Shown here one piece after another: positions 13,030 through 24,320 of a stretch of DNA of 64,000 nt. The first letter of the stretch is position 1, and each line of letters opens with the position of its first letter. Origin of the DNA: Octopus sinensis. Lineage: Eukaryota. Under the pieces are notes generated by a model. That model ran no database searches and was not told where the DNA came from. It saw only the letters and a list, made by a program, of their open reading frames with translations. The stretch covers positions 86,552,001 to 86,616,000 of the forward strand of contig NC_042999.1 in the NCBI RefSeq assembly GCF_006345805.1, read 5' to 3'. A program made the position numbers and the translations under genes.

Positions 13030-14810
13030 GCAGCTTAAGATATTCCAGCGCGTAGTTTAAGATTCTAGTTGTACCCAGGAAACATGCTTTTTGCAGTGTC
13101 ACGAAGTTAATTGTTATGCTGATTACAGAAAGTCATTAAGTGATATTTTCAGACTCTGTACCTACTGATCCTATTATCACTGGAATTGCCATTACCTCCC
13201 TGCAGTTCCAAAGACTTTTAAATTCCTTCTTTAGATCCTGGCACTTGCTACTGATTTCATTTTCTTTTTCCTCCCCTCCTGCGTTGACTAGGCAGGATAA
13301 TCTATTATCATGCACGTTCTAGTTTCTTTTCCTTGAATAACGAGAAGCAGTCTTGAAAGTTACAGATTCTGATCATATTCGACTGCTTTCATTGGTCTAT
13401 GTTGATACCACTGTTTTACATGTTTTAGAGAGCATGTTTTACATAATTACCACTGTATATTTGATACAATTGTCTTCACTTTTGTTCTGTTTTAGCGCCA
13501 GCTTCTTACAGTCAGACATACACCCAGTACCTATTAGACGGCTCGAAACCTATGAAATAACACTGGCTAAAGAATTTCTGGTTAAAGAAAGGTGATTTGA
13601 AGAAAACAGAAGGCTTTGTAAATACAGTCTAAGAACATAAAGACACAAGTATTCACAAAAAAAACAAAAACAAACAAAACAAAGCAAATATCATATAAAT
13701 AAGGGGGATACGCCTCCACTATGTCGGTTATGCGGGCGAGAGAGAAGAGATCGAAGTTCAATAATGCTTAGCGGCATTTCGTCTGTCTATACGTTCTGAG
13801 TTCAAATTCGGCCGAATTCAGCTTTTCCTTTCATCCTTTCAGGGTCAATAAAATAAGTACTAGTTGAACACTGGAATCTATGTAATCGACTTCCAAAATT
13901 TGGAACCAATATTAGCCTGACTTTTCCATACTACTTTCTAATTTTCCCCTTTGACTTGTGTGAATGATACTCCTAAATATTTCTCTGAGTGGTTCTGGTC
14001 TAATTCTCAATGCTTGCATCTAAATTAATGTTCTCAGTTTTAATTATTTTACGCCTTCTCACAGTAGTAGCATTGACACGTTTTTCTTGTCTGATACTCG
14101 TTTATATAACTTGGCTCATTTTATGAAGTTTTAGCAGATTTTCCAACTGGGTATTATACCTTGTAAATGTTTTCAAGTCAACCATATAAAAATAGTATTA
14201 GAATTTTGTCTGTAGCGTTTGCCGCCACCGGTGGTTTCGTTCAACAGATTTGTTAATGGGGTCTAGCCACGAAATCAAGTAGAAGGGATAATGAATCTCC
14301 CTGAAAGATTCTTTTCCTTAAGTATGTAGGCCTGCTTTTTAATTATCTTTTCTTTTTCTTCTAGAGATATCATTGTCAACCCACCCCTCTTTTTTGATAT
14401 GGCATGGTTGATGTATTTTGTTACTGCAAGGGCTGCTAATAGAGTGTCTCCAGTATCCAACAGTGTGATATACTATCAAATGCTTTTTGGTAATCAATCT
14501 ATGTTAAAGTTTCTGTTCCTCTGTTAACTGTTTTCTGTTGTAGCCCGACAACCACTAACTGTTCTTTACAGCCATACATCATTTGCTAGCGGCCTTTCTG
14601 CACCTCTGGTAAAATATTATTGCTCTCCTGGCGAATGGCTTACTTCAAATTACGGACATAAGGGCTTCGTGTGTAATTGACAAGTGAGTTACAGGCCTAT
14701 AGTTTGAGGAGTTTCTGGTATTTTTTTTGGTTTTGTTTTGGAGAATTAGCAACGTTTTCTCTCTAGTATCTAATTGCGTTGATACTAGTTGGTTTCCTTG
14801 ACGTGTAGTA
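13030..14810 (-). mobile_element. R4/Dong-like RLE non-LTR retrotransposon relic (RT, zinc knuckle, endonuclease), rearranged
   Basis: Minus-strand motifs in order: NYRPVTHL, LPEVQKG..GCKEQL, IDYQKAFDSISHCWILETL, RIFQGDSLS, FYMVDLK (YMDD position), EKYLGV, SDCKKLA, LCK..WYQHRP, KCQDLKKEFKSLW..IPVIIGSVG, LQKACFLGTTRIL; many stops and frameshifts. Confidence 0.8.
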
Positions 14811-14835
14811 TGTGCTCGTCGGATTTTCGTTTTCA

Positions 14836-15460
14836 TGCAATTTGACCGAACGCATAAATCTATGTCTCATCATCACAAGTGATGATGATCCACATGAAGT
14901 CCAGGTTGTGATTTGCACAGTCCATCATATCCTGCGCGATTTCCATGCAGAATTGCTTCTGAATCTCCACCAACACCGTGGGGACGAATTCCGCCGACAC
15001 TCTCCGAATGCATAAATCTTCCGTTAAAATGGAACACAGTGATCCTGTGTTTATTCTTACTTTATGAGCAATTTAACTTGATTTTTACACGAGTGTCTCC
15101 TATAACTATTTGCCGAACCTTCTCAATCGGCTCCTTGTTTCGGCTTGTGAATGGCCTACCTGAGCATGCCTCACTCTCCACTAAGGTGTGACCATGTCTA
15201 AAGCGGTTATACCACTCCTTGATCTGAGTTTTCTCCATGGCATCAACGCCAAAGGTTTGGTGAATCTTGATGGTTTGAGCTTGAGTATCACCGAATTTTT
15301 GGCAAAACTAGATGCAAAATCTTCGCGATGCGTTTGGCAAAAACGAAAATCCGACCAGCGCACACTATACGTCTGTGCTCTAAGCGTTACAACCGGGAAC
15401 CGACACGGTATTCCTGGGCGAAAATTTTCACGCATGCACAGGAAGGGTGGCGTCACCTTG
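14836..15460 (-). mobile_element. Mariner transposase relic (N-terminal HTH to first catalytic D)
   Basis: IHQTFGVDAMEKTQIKEWYNRFRHG..SGRPFTSRN and AEFVP..QKQ..EIAQDMMDCAN..IITCDET match the mariner TGDETW region. Confidence 0.85.
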
Positions 15461-16039
15461 CATCTAAAGGATTTTTCCCATGCCGCATTAGTTTTTGTCT
15501 ATAATGCTCGTTTTTTTATAGGTTTTTGCAGTCATTTTCGTACATTTGTCTTTCAATTTGATTATTAGGTCATTCAAAGTTGCAAAAAAAATTAGCACCA
15601 AGAAGTTAGTCATTCAAATTCGTTTTCCGGCTATTCAGTTTCGACTTCTGTCAAAGAATTTAGCATTTACATCATTCAAATTAAAATGCTCGTCGAGGGT
15701 ATTCAAATTAGTCGGAATGCGAAGAAGTGTCTTTTCGAGCATTCAAATTCGTACGTGAGCATTCGAGTTCAGAATGAGTTTATTCAATTTAGCACTAAGT
15801 TTAGATGTGTGTTTTCACTCACATTCTAAGAAGTGAATGTTAAAAATGACAAATTTAAATGGTATATTTCGTCATGCAAATTATCTTATGTTGTTAAAGC
15901 TACAAGGAAGAACTTATGTGATTCTTCTGTTCAAGAAAGTGTTTTTCGTTGTAACATTCGTAACCGGTCGGTATCAGTTGCAGTTTATATCCCTTCCTCT
16001 TACACCAACTTGTAATCACGGAGCCACGCGTAAGGTACA

Positions 16040-17073
16040 TGCGTATATCGGACGAAAATAGGGCAAGTCTGGTTGATGCTTTTTAGGGACAGCAAACCGA
16101 TTACCTGAAACTGGCAGACCACTTGGCATTTAAAGGAGTACTACCCGATCCATAGTAGCGATCTCCCAGAAGAGGTGCCCACCACGTTAAGGTTGATGAG
16201 GAAATGCGAGCCAGGCTTCAGACGATTATTGATAACAACCCACTCGCAACCCTTCAACGGATGAAGAGGGACTTAGTGGTAGCATTGCCCAGGAAGCTGC
16301 TAGTTTCTGTGTCTGCAATCTCACGGGCTCTAGATGGGTTGTTGATAACTATGAAGTGGACCGAAGACGTTCCAGATGCAAGAAATGCCCCAAGAACTCT
16401 GGAAAAGCGGTATGAGTACGTGCATTGGTTCATGGAAGAAGGAGTCGTCGGTCACTGCGTATTCATTGATGAATCTGTGTACAACAGTTAGACCAGGCGG
16501 TCTTTTGGACGTGCCCTTCGAGGCGTTCCTGTTCGCCGAGTTGCCAACCGTCAACGTGAGGAAAACTGCAACATCACTTTCGCAGTGTCAGGAGAAATCG
16601 GCCTGGCTCACCACTCCATTGCGAACGATACCGTTACACGAAACTTCTTCAAAGAGTTCTTGGCGGAAGCAGTTAGAGCATGTGCCAACATGTTCCCACT
16701 GGGTGAATCCGTCTAATTGATCGACAACACGCGACCAAAAGTTTGTGCCGAGCTCCGAGCTGACGCCGACCCACAGGTCAGTCTGAAAAACCTGCCTGCC
16801 TACTCGCCGTTTCTTAATTGTACGAAAATGGCGCATTCTGCCTTTAAAGCGGCTGTCAAGTGGGACCTCGCTCGAGCTGAGGTGCAGCAAATGGTTGGTG
16901 ACCGGGTAGCTGCAGAAAAAGCCGACATGACCGTGAAAGAATGGCGAGCAAATGTCATACAGCAGGTCGCAAGGGTTAACACCGACACCATCGAGAAAAT
17001 TGTGTTCGTTGGTATAGACACATCCAGACCTACCCACCGAGATCCCTTGACCGCCAGGGCTAAATCTGTCTGA
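16040..17073 (+). pseudogene. IS630/Tc1-superfamily transposase relic
   Basis: RISDENR..DYL (HTH), VFIDES, IDNTRP, LPAYSPFLNCTK (catalytic E position is K, 33 residues after the second D); stops at 16489-91 and about 16714. Confidence 0.85.
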
Positions 17074-17299
17074 AATGTAATGGAAAACAGGCCAGTTTTA
17101 AAACGTTGATGTCCAGGTCACAAAAGTAAAGTTTGAAAGGAACAGTAATTTCCTTTGACTTTTAGCTAGAAGCAAAGAGGAAATAACACTTACTGACCAA
17201 AGACATAAAAAAATAAAACTTTTATTACACAATTTAACCTATAGACTATCACTACTGTCAGATTTGTCATAGTAAATCACATCAGATTTATTATATCAT

Positions 17300-18410
17300 A
17301 TTCGGTTTCGGTGGTCTGTTAGTATACTAATGTTCTATAACACTTTCGTATTTTAATTTCTTAAGGCATATGGAAATTTACACGAATACGAAGTAACGTT
17401 TCCTTTTTCCTTCAAATATATTCTATAGGGTCTTTGGAAGATATTTTAAACAATGTGGTGTATTCTTTTTGAACATGCGCTATACAGACATCATTGTCCT
17501 CTGTAGTGTAGGACTTAGTGATATACTTTTTAACGATTTAGTGGTTATAGTATGTTCTTGTGTGGCGAATAACGTTACTTCGCAAATGATATTCTTGTTT
17601 TCTGCATAAGGCGGAGAGCTGGTAGAAACGTTAGCACACCGGGCGAAATGCTTACCGGTAATTTATCTGCCGTCACGTTCTGAGTTCAAATTCCGCCGAG
17701 GTTGACTTTGCCTTTCATCCTTTCGGGGTAGATTAAATATGTACCAGTTACGCACTGGGGTCGATATAATCGACTTAATCCGTTTGTCTGTCCTTGTTTG
17801 TCCTCTCTGTGTTTAACCCCTTGTGGGTAGTAAAGAAATAGGTATTTTGTCTGCCGTTACGTTCTGAATTCAAAATTCCGCTGAGGTCCACTTTGCCTTT
17901 CATCCTTTCGGAGTCGATAAACTAAGTACCAGTTACACACTGGGGTCGATGTAATGGACTTAACCCCTTTGTCTGTCTTTGTTTGTCCCCTCTATGTTTA
18001 GCCCCTTGTGGGCAATAAAGATATAAGAAACGTTAGCACGCGGGGCGAAATGCTTAGCGGTATTTCGTCTGTTTTTACGTTCTGAGTTCAAATTCCACCG
18101 AGGTCGACTTTGCCATTCATCCTTTCGGGGTCGATAAATTAAGTTACTCACATGGGTCGATCTAATCGACGAACCCCCTCCACCAAAATTTTCGGGCTTT
18201 GTTCCTGGAGTAGAAAAGATTCTTGTTTTGTGCATGAAGAATTCTCATTTGTCTGCATTTTTTCGTAGATACCAGATTTATTTTCTTTTTATGCATGAGT
18301 CTTTCAGGTCGCGGAAATATTGGTTATATGTGGGTTATGTCGTTTCACCATAGTCTATTTTATGTCATTAGTATGTTCATTTCTGTTGTTGCTCTCGGTC
18401 CAAAGTTTTC
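17300..18410 (-). mobile_element. Highly degenerate PLE GIY-YIG region, split by the SINE trimer
   Basis: Loose NII.EVT..KKYI..H..FK resemblance to Neptune/Naiad-type GIY-YIG; many stops. Confidence 0.3.
17608..18218 (+). mobile_element. Trimeric family-A SINE with 17-bp TSD
   Basis: Units starting 17608, 17841, about 18025; TSD ATTCTTGTTTTCTGCAT (17591-17607) / ATTCTTGTTTTGTGCAT (18219-18235). Confidence 0.92.
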
Positions 18411-18588
18411 CATCGGGTGTCGGATAAAATGCATGGTAATATTGTTTCTGGTTCTTTTAAATTCCGAGTTTCAAATACGCAGAAGTCAACTTTGCCATTC
18501 ACCCCCACAACTGGAATCGATAAAATAAAGCACCTGACAGGTCCAAAACTGCAAGCTTTTTGTCAGATTAATAATAATAATAATAATG

Positions 18589-18624
<36 letters not shown>

Positions 18625-18635
18625 TAATAATAATA

Positions 18636-18686
<51 letters not shown>

Positions 18687-18711
18687 TTTTTTTTTTTTTT
18701 TTTTTTTTTAA

Positions 18712-18913
18712 TCGGTGAGCTGGCAGAATCGGTAGCACGCTGGGCGAAATACCGGTATTTCGTCTTCCGTTCTGAGTTCAAATTCCGCCGAGGTCGACTT
18801 TACCTTTCATCGTTTCGGGGTCGATAAATTAAGTACTAGTGAAACACTGGAGTCGATGTAATCAACTAGTCCATTCGCCCAAAATTTCAGGCCTTGTGCC
18901 TATAGTAGAAAGG

Positions 18914-18915
<2 letters not shown>
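18712..18915 (+). mobile_element. Family-A SINE with (TAT)n tail
   Basis: Match to family consensus; tail GTAGAAAGGATTATT. Confidence 0.88.
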
Positions 18916-18958
<43 letters not shown>

Positions 18959-18967
18959 TTATTATTA

Positions 18968-19391
18968 TTGAGTGAGAGAGCAGTTCATGCCATCAAAGTG
19001 ACACAGGGGTAAAATATACGAAGCCCAATATACCCATCATGACTATCCGTCTGATAAGGGTACACCAGGCACATGCATCACAACCATATGTGCGCTACAT
19101 GGTGATCTCATATCAAGGTAAACAGCGCATGACCTTGCAGGTGGGGCCCAGTTAGAATTTTCTTCAGATCGAGTAGCCCATCCCGGTCAAAAGGTCCCTG
19201 AATAAGGGTTGTTTAAGGATGTTGAAAGAACCACCCATGTTTCCAGAGGTGAATTATTCAAACCCCAAAGAATCCCTCTCAACACATGGCTATGATGCTC
19301 CCCCACTACTTCTGCTCGTGATCAGAGATGCACATATCGTCAGCCACTAAGGGACATGCTCAACTGGTTACGGTCAAACAACTGACAAGCA
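18968..19391 (-). mobile_element. Non-coding (AAT)n-embedded element, longer copy
   Basis: Second copy at 11705-11914; (TAT)n on both sides; no ORF or tRNA boxes recognised. Confidence 0.8.
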
Positions 19392-19413
19392 GTTATTATT
19401 ATTATTATCATTA

Positions 19414-19465
<52 letters not shown>

Positions 19466-19615
19466 TTTCCTTCGTAACGCTGTGCGGAAAAATGCACCGG
19501 AATCTTTAGTTATCGGTCAAGTCACAGCAAGGACCTCAGACAGATAATATTTTCCTTAAGATATGTGTTGTGCTTAGTAAGGCTGCTTTTTGCAAGACAT
19601 CAATCTTGCATGAGA
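19466..19615 (-). mobile_element. 5'-truncated 3' end of an R4/Dong-like element
   Basis: Minus strand reads IDVLQKAALLSTTHILRKILSV-stop (same terminal motif as 13050-13100), then a short UTR and (AAT)n tail; (AAT)n also upstream. Confidence 0.75.
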
Positions 19616-19636
19616 TTATTATTATTATTATTATTA

Positions 19637-19690
<54 letters not shown>

Positions 19691-19859
19691 CATTATTATG
19701 ACCGTCAGCCGAGGAAGCCACATCTGACTTCGGCTCCGTATTTTGTTTTCGAAAATCATAATTTTCTGTCATTTCCAACCAGGGTGGAGAATACGGGATC
19801 CTTCTTCCGCTGGTGAGTTTCTTTTTTGTTAAAAGTCCCCCTATTTCTCGGGGCACTTC

Positions 19860-20990
19860 TCAAATTTATCCCATTTTTTTTGTCATGCTAGTTAAACTTT
19901 TTCAGGTAATTTTAGGGTGCGTAACCCGAATCCGACATCAGTTCTCAGACAGCATGTGTAGTTTTTTAGTTATTCACGGCATAAGATTTTCCAACCAATT
20001 GATAATTTTGACAAAGTAGTAGGCAACTTGCTTTCGATTTTCATTCACATACTCATCACTGAAACAAAAATAAGTGCTGATAAGAGGGAAATGTAGGCTA
20101 CCTGTTAAATTGCCACACAAGATGAGAATTTATTTTACTTTGTTATCGCTGTAATTATAGTAAAGTTCTCCTCACAGTAGGCTATTGATATTAGGTTATA
20201 GTAAGCCACTCAGACTTCCTTTTCTTGATAACTAGTAGGGCTGTTAAAACAAAGCACATCAATAAGAGAGCCAGGTTATATGAAAAGTAGTTTAGTAGTA
20301 AGTTTAGTTATTTATTAAAGTGATCAATGTTTGAAATTTAGAGATGGAAAAATCGTTTCGTGATAGTCATAGCTTCAGTACATTCTGTAATAATTTCAAT
20401 GATTGTTTTTGAGAAATATATTCTGATGTCTTACAGTAACATTTACAGTTGATAAATTTTATATTTTAGTTTACTGACAGGCGTCCTTGAGTGTTGATTT
20501 AGGTTATTACTTTATGCATTTATGATGAAAAGAAAAGCTTGTGTTAATCACCCGGAATGCTTTTGTTACATGTGTGGAAAATTTACGCCAAAAGATCAGA
20601 GAAATAAGCTTACAAAGAAATTTTAAAATGCTTACAAGCTTTACTTTGGGTGCAAAGTTGGGAACCAAGTTAAACTGTGGGCGCCTCATGTTTGTTGCAA
20701 AAACTGCTACATGTGTGGTAAAAAAACACTTTTGTTTTGTTTTATTGTTTTACTTGTCCATCTAGTAGCTATTGTTCTTATACAAAATAGCTGTAATTTA
20801 CGCTTAACATAACATTCATTTTATTTGTCATGAATTTTCACATTATTGTAATTTTGATAGCAGTATAATAATGATGGCACAAAAACGTGACGTACTTGAG
20901 CAAAAATGATTGCAGATTCGGAATCAGGGCTCCCAAATTACCTATGAGCACAATTTCGTCTAATAGTAGCAAAAATTTTGTTGCCTAGCA
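19860..20990 (+). mobile_element. Internally deleted Chapaev3-like DNA transposon
   Basis: 20540-20715 translates CVNHPECFCYMCGKF..AYKLYFGCKVGNQVKLWAPHVCCKNC; subterminal inverted similarity GTAATTTTAGGGTGCGTAACCCGAATCCG (about 19906) vs CAGATTCGGAATCAGGGCTCCCAAATTAC (about 20912). Family name recalled from motif; ends approximate. Confidence 0.65.
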
Positions 20991-21165
20991 TAATCATACA
21001 TTAGAACCGTATAATACTGTTTTATATAGTCATATACAAAATCACTTCTTAAGGTTTCTACAGATATTCTATAGAAATTATAGCCAGCACTGATTTTTGT
21101 CACGACGTTTCGTACGCGAAATGTCAGCTGTAAACAAACAATGAGATCGAAGATGAAAAAGATTA

Positions 21166-21216
21166 ATGGCTGTATATGCCATATTTCGGGAGTTTTGTCC
21201 CTTCATCAGCTCCCAT
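21166..21216 (-). ncRNA. Minimal type I hammerhead ribozyme motif
   Basis: Minus: ATGGGAG CTGATGA A GGGA-CAAAAC-TCCC GAA ATAT-GGC-ATAT A CAGCCAT; core intact, AUA triplet, stem I with two mismatches. Confidence 0.65.
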
Positions 21217-21255
21217 TTAATCCCTTAATCGTCCATGAACACATAGCTAAAAAAG

Positions 21256-21366
21256 CGTAACGTTATTGGATATACCAGGGATATCCAACCCGCGTAACGT
21301 TATTGGATATACCAGGGATATCCAATCCGCGTAATGTTATTGGATATACCAGGGATGTCCAACCCG
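21256..21366 (+). repeat. Three tandem 37-bp units spanning the hAT left junction
   Basis: CGTAACGTTATTGGATATACCAGGGATATCCAACCCG at 21256, 21293, 21330. Confidence 0.95.
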
Positions 21367-23201
21367 CAACTCGCGATCCGCATTAAGTGTCACTATGCTG
21401 CCAAACATGAAACACAAAATATTGAATGAAACGGAGAAAGAAGGAAAATGAAAATAGATGAATTGAAGAAGAAGCTTAGTTCACAACAAAGCAATGTCAA
21501 AAAACATGTTATGAAAACTGGTACATGTACAAAAATCAGTCATTTAATAGCTGAAAAATTGGCTCAGAAGGGTAAGCCACTGAAAGATGGAGAATTAATA
21601 AAAGAATGAATATTGTCCCGAGATGGTGATCTTATTCAATGAAACAAATCTGTTGCATTAGACACTTGGTAGAAGAATCGATGACTTAGCTGACAGTATT
21701 GTGGGTTCATTGCAGACTCAATTAGCTAAATGTGTTCATTACAGTTTAGCGTTGGACGAAGGTACTGATCAAAATGACACTGCACAGTTGGTTATTTTCA
21801 TCGGAAGAATTGATGTCAATTTTAATATCAGTGAAGAAATGTTGGACGTGTGTCATATGAAGGGTACAACAACTGGCAGGGACATAATTGAGCATGTTAA
21901 TTTATCATTAGAAAAGTTCAATATTGATAAAAATAAAATTAATTCGATTACAACTCATGGTGCTCCTGCATTAACTGGTAAAAACATTGGGTCTATTACT
22001 TTATTCAAATAATAGGTTGATAATGATATACTTACCTATAACTGCTTCATTCATCAACAGCAATTATGTGCTCAAAAATTAAATATGAAACAATTGATGA
22101 CAGATATTGTGAACGTTATTAATTTTATCAGATCTCGGGGCTTGAATCATCGTACATTCAAAGCATACTTGATAGAAGTTGGCAGTGAGTATGAGGACGT
22201 TATCTATTTCTCAAAAGTCAGACGGCTCAGTCAAGCAGTAACTTTGAATAGATTTCAATTATTGTTGCCTGAAATAAAACAGTTCATGCAAAACGAAAAG
22301 CAAAATTTAGATTTTTTAGCAAATGAAAAATGGTTGAATGGTCTGTCTTTCTTAGCAGATATCACTGAAATATTAGCTGAACTTAATTTGCATTTACAAG
22401 GAAAAGACCAATTATGTTGTTCAATGTTTGAGCGAATAACAAGTTTTACTAAGAAATTAGACCTTTACATAATATAATTGAAGGGTGGAGAAATTGTACA
22501 TTTTCAGAATTTATCTAAAAGACAAGAAAAATTTCCTGTGAACTTTGTAAAACATGTTCTATATTATGTGAAGTTTTGTCAGAAGATTTTACAACCAGAA
22601 TTTTTGACTTTAGAGAGATAGAAGCCGAACTAAAATTGCTGAGTGCTCCATTTTCATTTATTTATGTGGAAGCACCAGTTAAATACTAGCTAGAACTCAT
22701 TGAGCTTCAAAGTAGAGAAACTTTGAAAACTTATCATAGAGAATATTCCCTTCTTGTCTTTTACAAAAAATTGCATTCTTTCAATGAATTTGATCAAATT
22801 ACTAATTTAGCTACAAAACTAATGTGCATGTGAGGTAGTACATACTGCTGTGAAAAATTCTTTTCGGGTATGAAAAACATCAAAACTGTTGAAAGAAATA
22901 GGCTGAGTGATTGCCATTTAACTAACATTCTTAGAGTAAAGAATAGAATCATAAAAGCAGATTTTGGAATATCATAAAAGGAAAGCAATGCCAAAAATCA
23001 CATAGATTTTGTTTTGTGTAAGTGTAATTTCATTTTTACTGTCAATAGCACATTATTTTGTAGTTATATTTGTTATTAAAAAGTTTATTCACTATATTTT
23101 GAACTTTTTAAAAGTCTGTATCTAATTACCTTTGTGGACCGCTAAATATACTTTAATTTATAATTTGGCCCATTAGGAAAAAAAAAGCTTGGACATCCCT
23201 C
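21350..23201 (+). mobile_element. hAT (Charlie/Buster/SPIN, GTF2IRD2-like) transposon, deleted and pseudogenised
   Basis: TIR CAGGGATGTCCAA / TTGGACATCCCTC; 8-bp TSD GGATATAC (21342-21349, 23202-23209); peptides KPLKDGELIKE, YSLALDEGTDQNDTAQL, HMKGTTTG, VINFIRSRGLNHRTF, FLADIT..LNLHLQGK. Confidence 0.95.
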
Positions 23202-23809
23202 GGATATACCAGTTTTACGTATAAAACATTCTTGGAAGCTGATACGTAAATAGCAATGACTTGTAGGGATGTGGTATTACGTTATGTAACCATTATATAA
23301 TATAAAGTATATTAAACGTCTTTATGAGTCAATACTGTGTTCTACAATGTTAGCTGTACGCTTTACATCACTCGTTAAGGTTTTCTCTATAGTTATTCTA
23401 TAGAAATTATCGCCAGCCCTGACTTTTGTTACGATGTTTCGTATCCGAGATGTCAGTCTTGCAACATTAGTCGAACAGGTTTTTACATTTAGTAGATACT
23501 TTCCAAATGGCATAATTTTTTACTAAATAGGGTGTTATAAAACTAATAGAAAGGTCTTCTGCGGCCACGTGCTATGATCTTAAAATTCTAAATGGAAGTT
23601 ACAGGTTTGTAGAAGAGAATCTACGCAGCCGTGTGTACAACTATATATATATAGCAGTGTTTTCTACACATGTAAAAATTGTATACAACTGTGTAAGTGT
23701 ATAAAACGTTGTGCACATCTGACATCTGTGTTTACAATATAAGCGTTTAAAATACAAACCATGAAATGCATCCAATATGCAAAGTATAATTCCCCAGCAC
23801 AAACACGCA

Positions 23810-23816
23810 AGTATAC

Positions 23817-23878
<62 letters not shown>

Positions 23879-23934
23879 GCACACATGTAAATGTGTGTAT
23901 ACATACGTAGACAACATAGATAGATTGACAGATA

Positions 23935-23969
<35 letters not shown>

Positions 23970-24084
23970 ATAGATAAGTAGATAGATATACACGCAGATA
24001 TAATATACATTACATACAAAAATATGGACACCCACATATCTACAAGCACGTATGCGAGCACACGGAAAAGATACACCCATGCTA

Positions 24085-24133
<49 letters not shown>

Positions 24134-24320
24134 TACACATACCAACTGACCTATACACAATAAAATACATGCAAACACACACGCCTACTCCCACGCATTT
24201 TCGTACACACTCCCACGCATTTTCATACATAGTCTTCCATGCGTTGTCATACACATACGCGCACATACACATACACATTCAAACACACGCATAAGCGCAC
24301 ACACGCACGCACATAGTCTT
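23810..24320. repeat. Compound (AT)n/(AC)n microsatellite region
   Basis: Visible directly. Confidence 0.9.

Noticed and set aside
21256-21366. CRISPR-like 37-bp palindromic repeats
   Set aside because: No spacers, eukaryotic context, fully explained as flank + TSD + TIR triplication.
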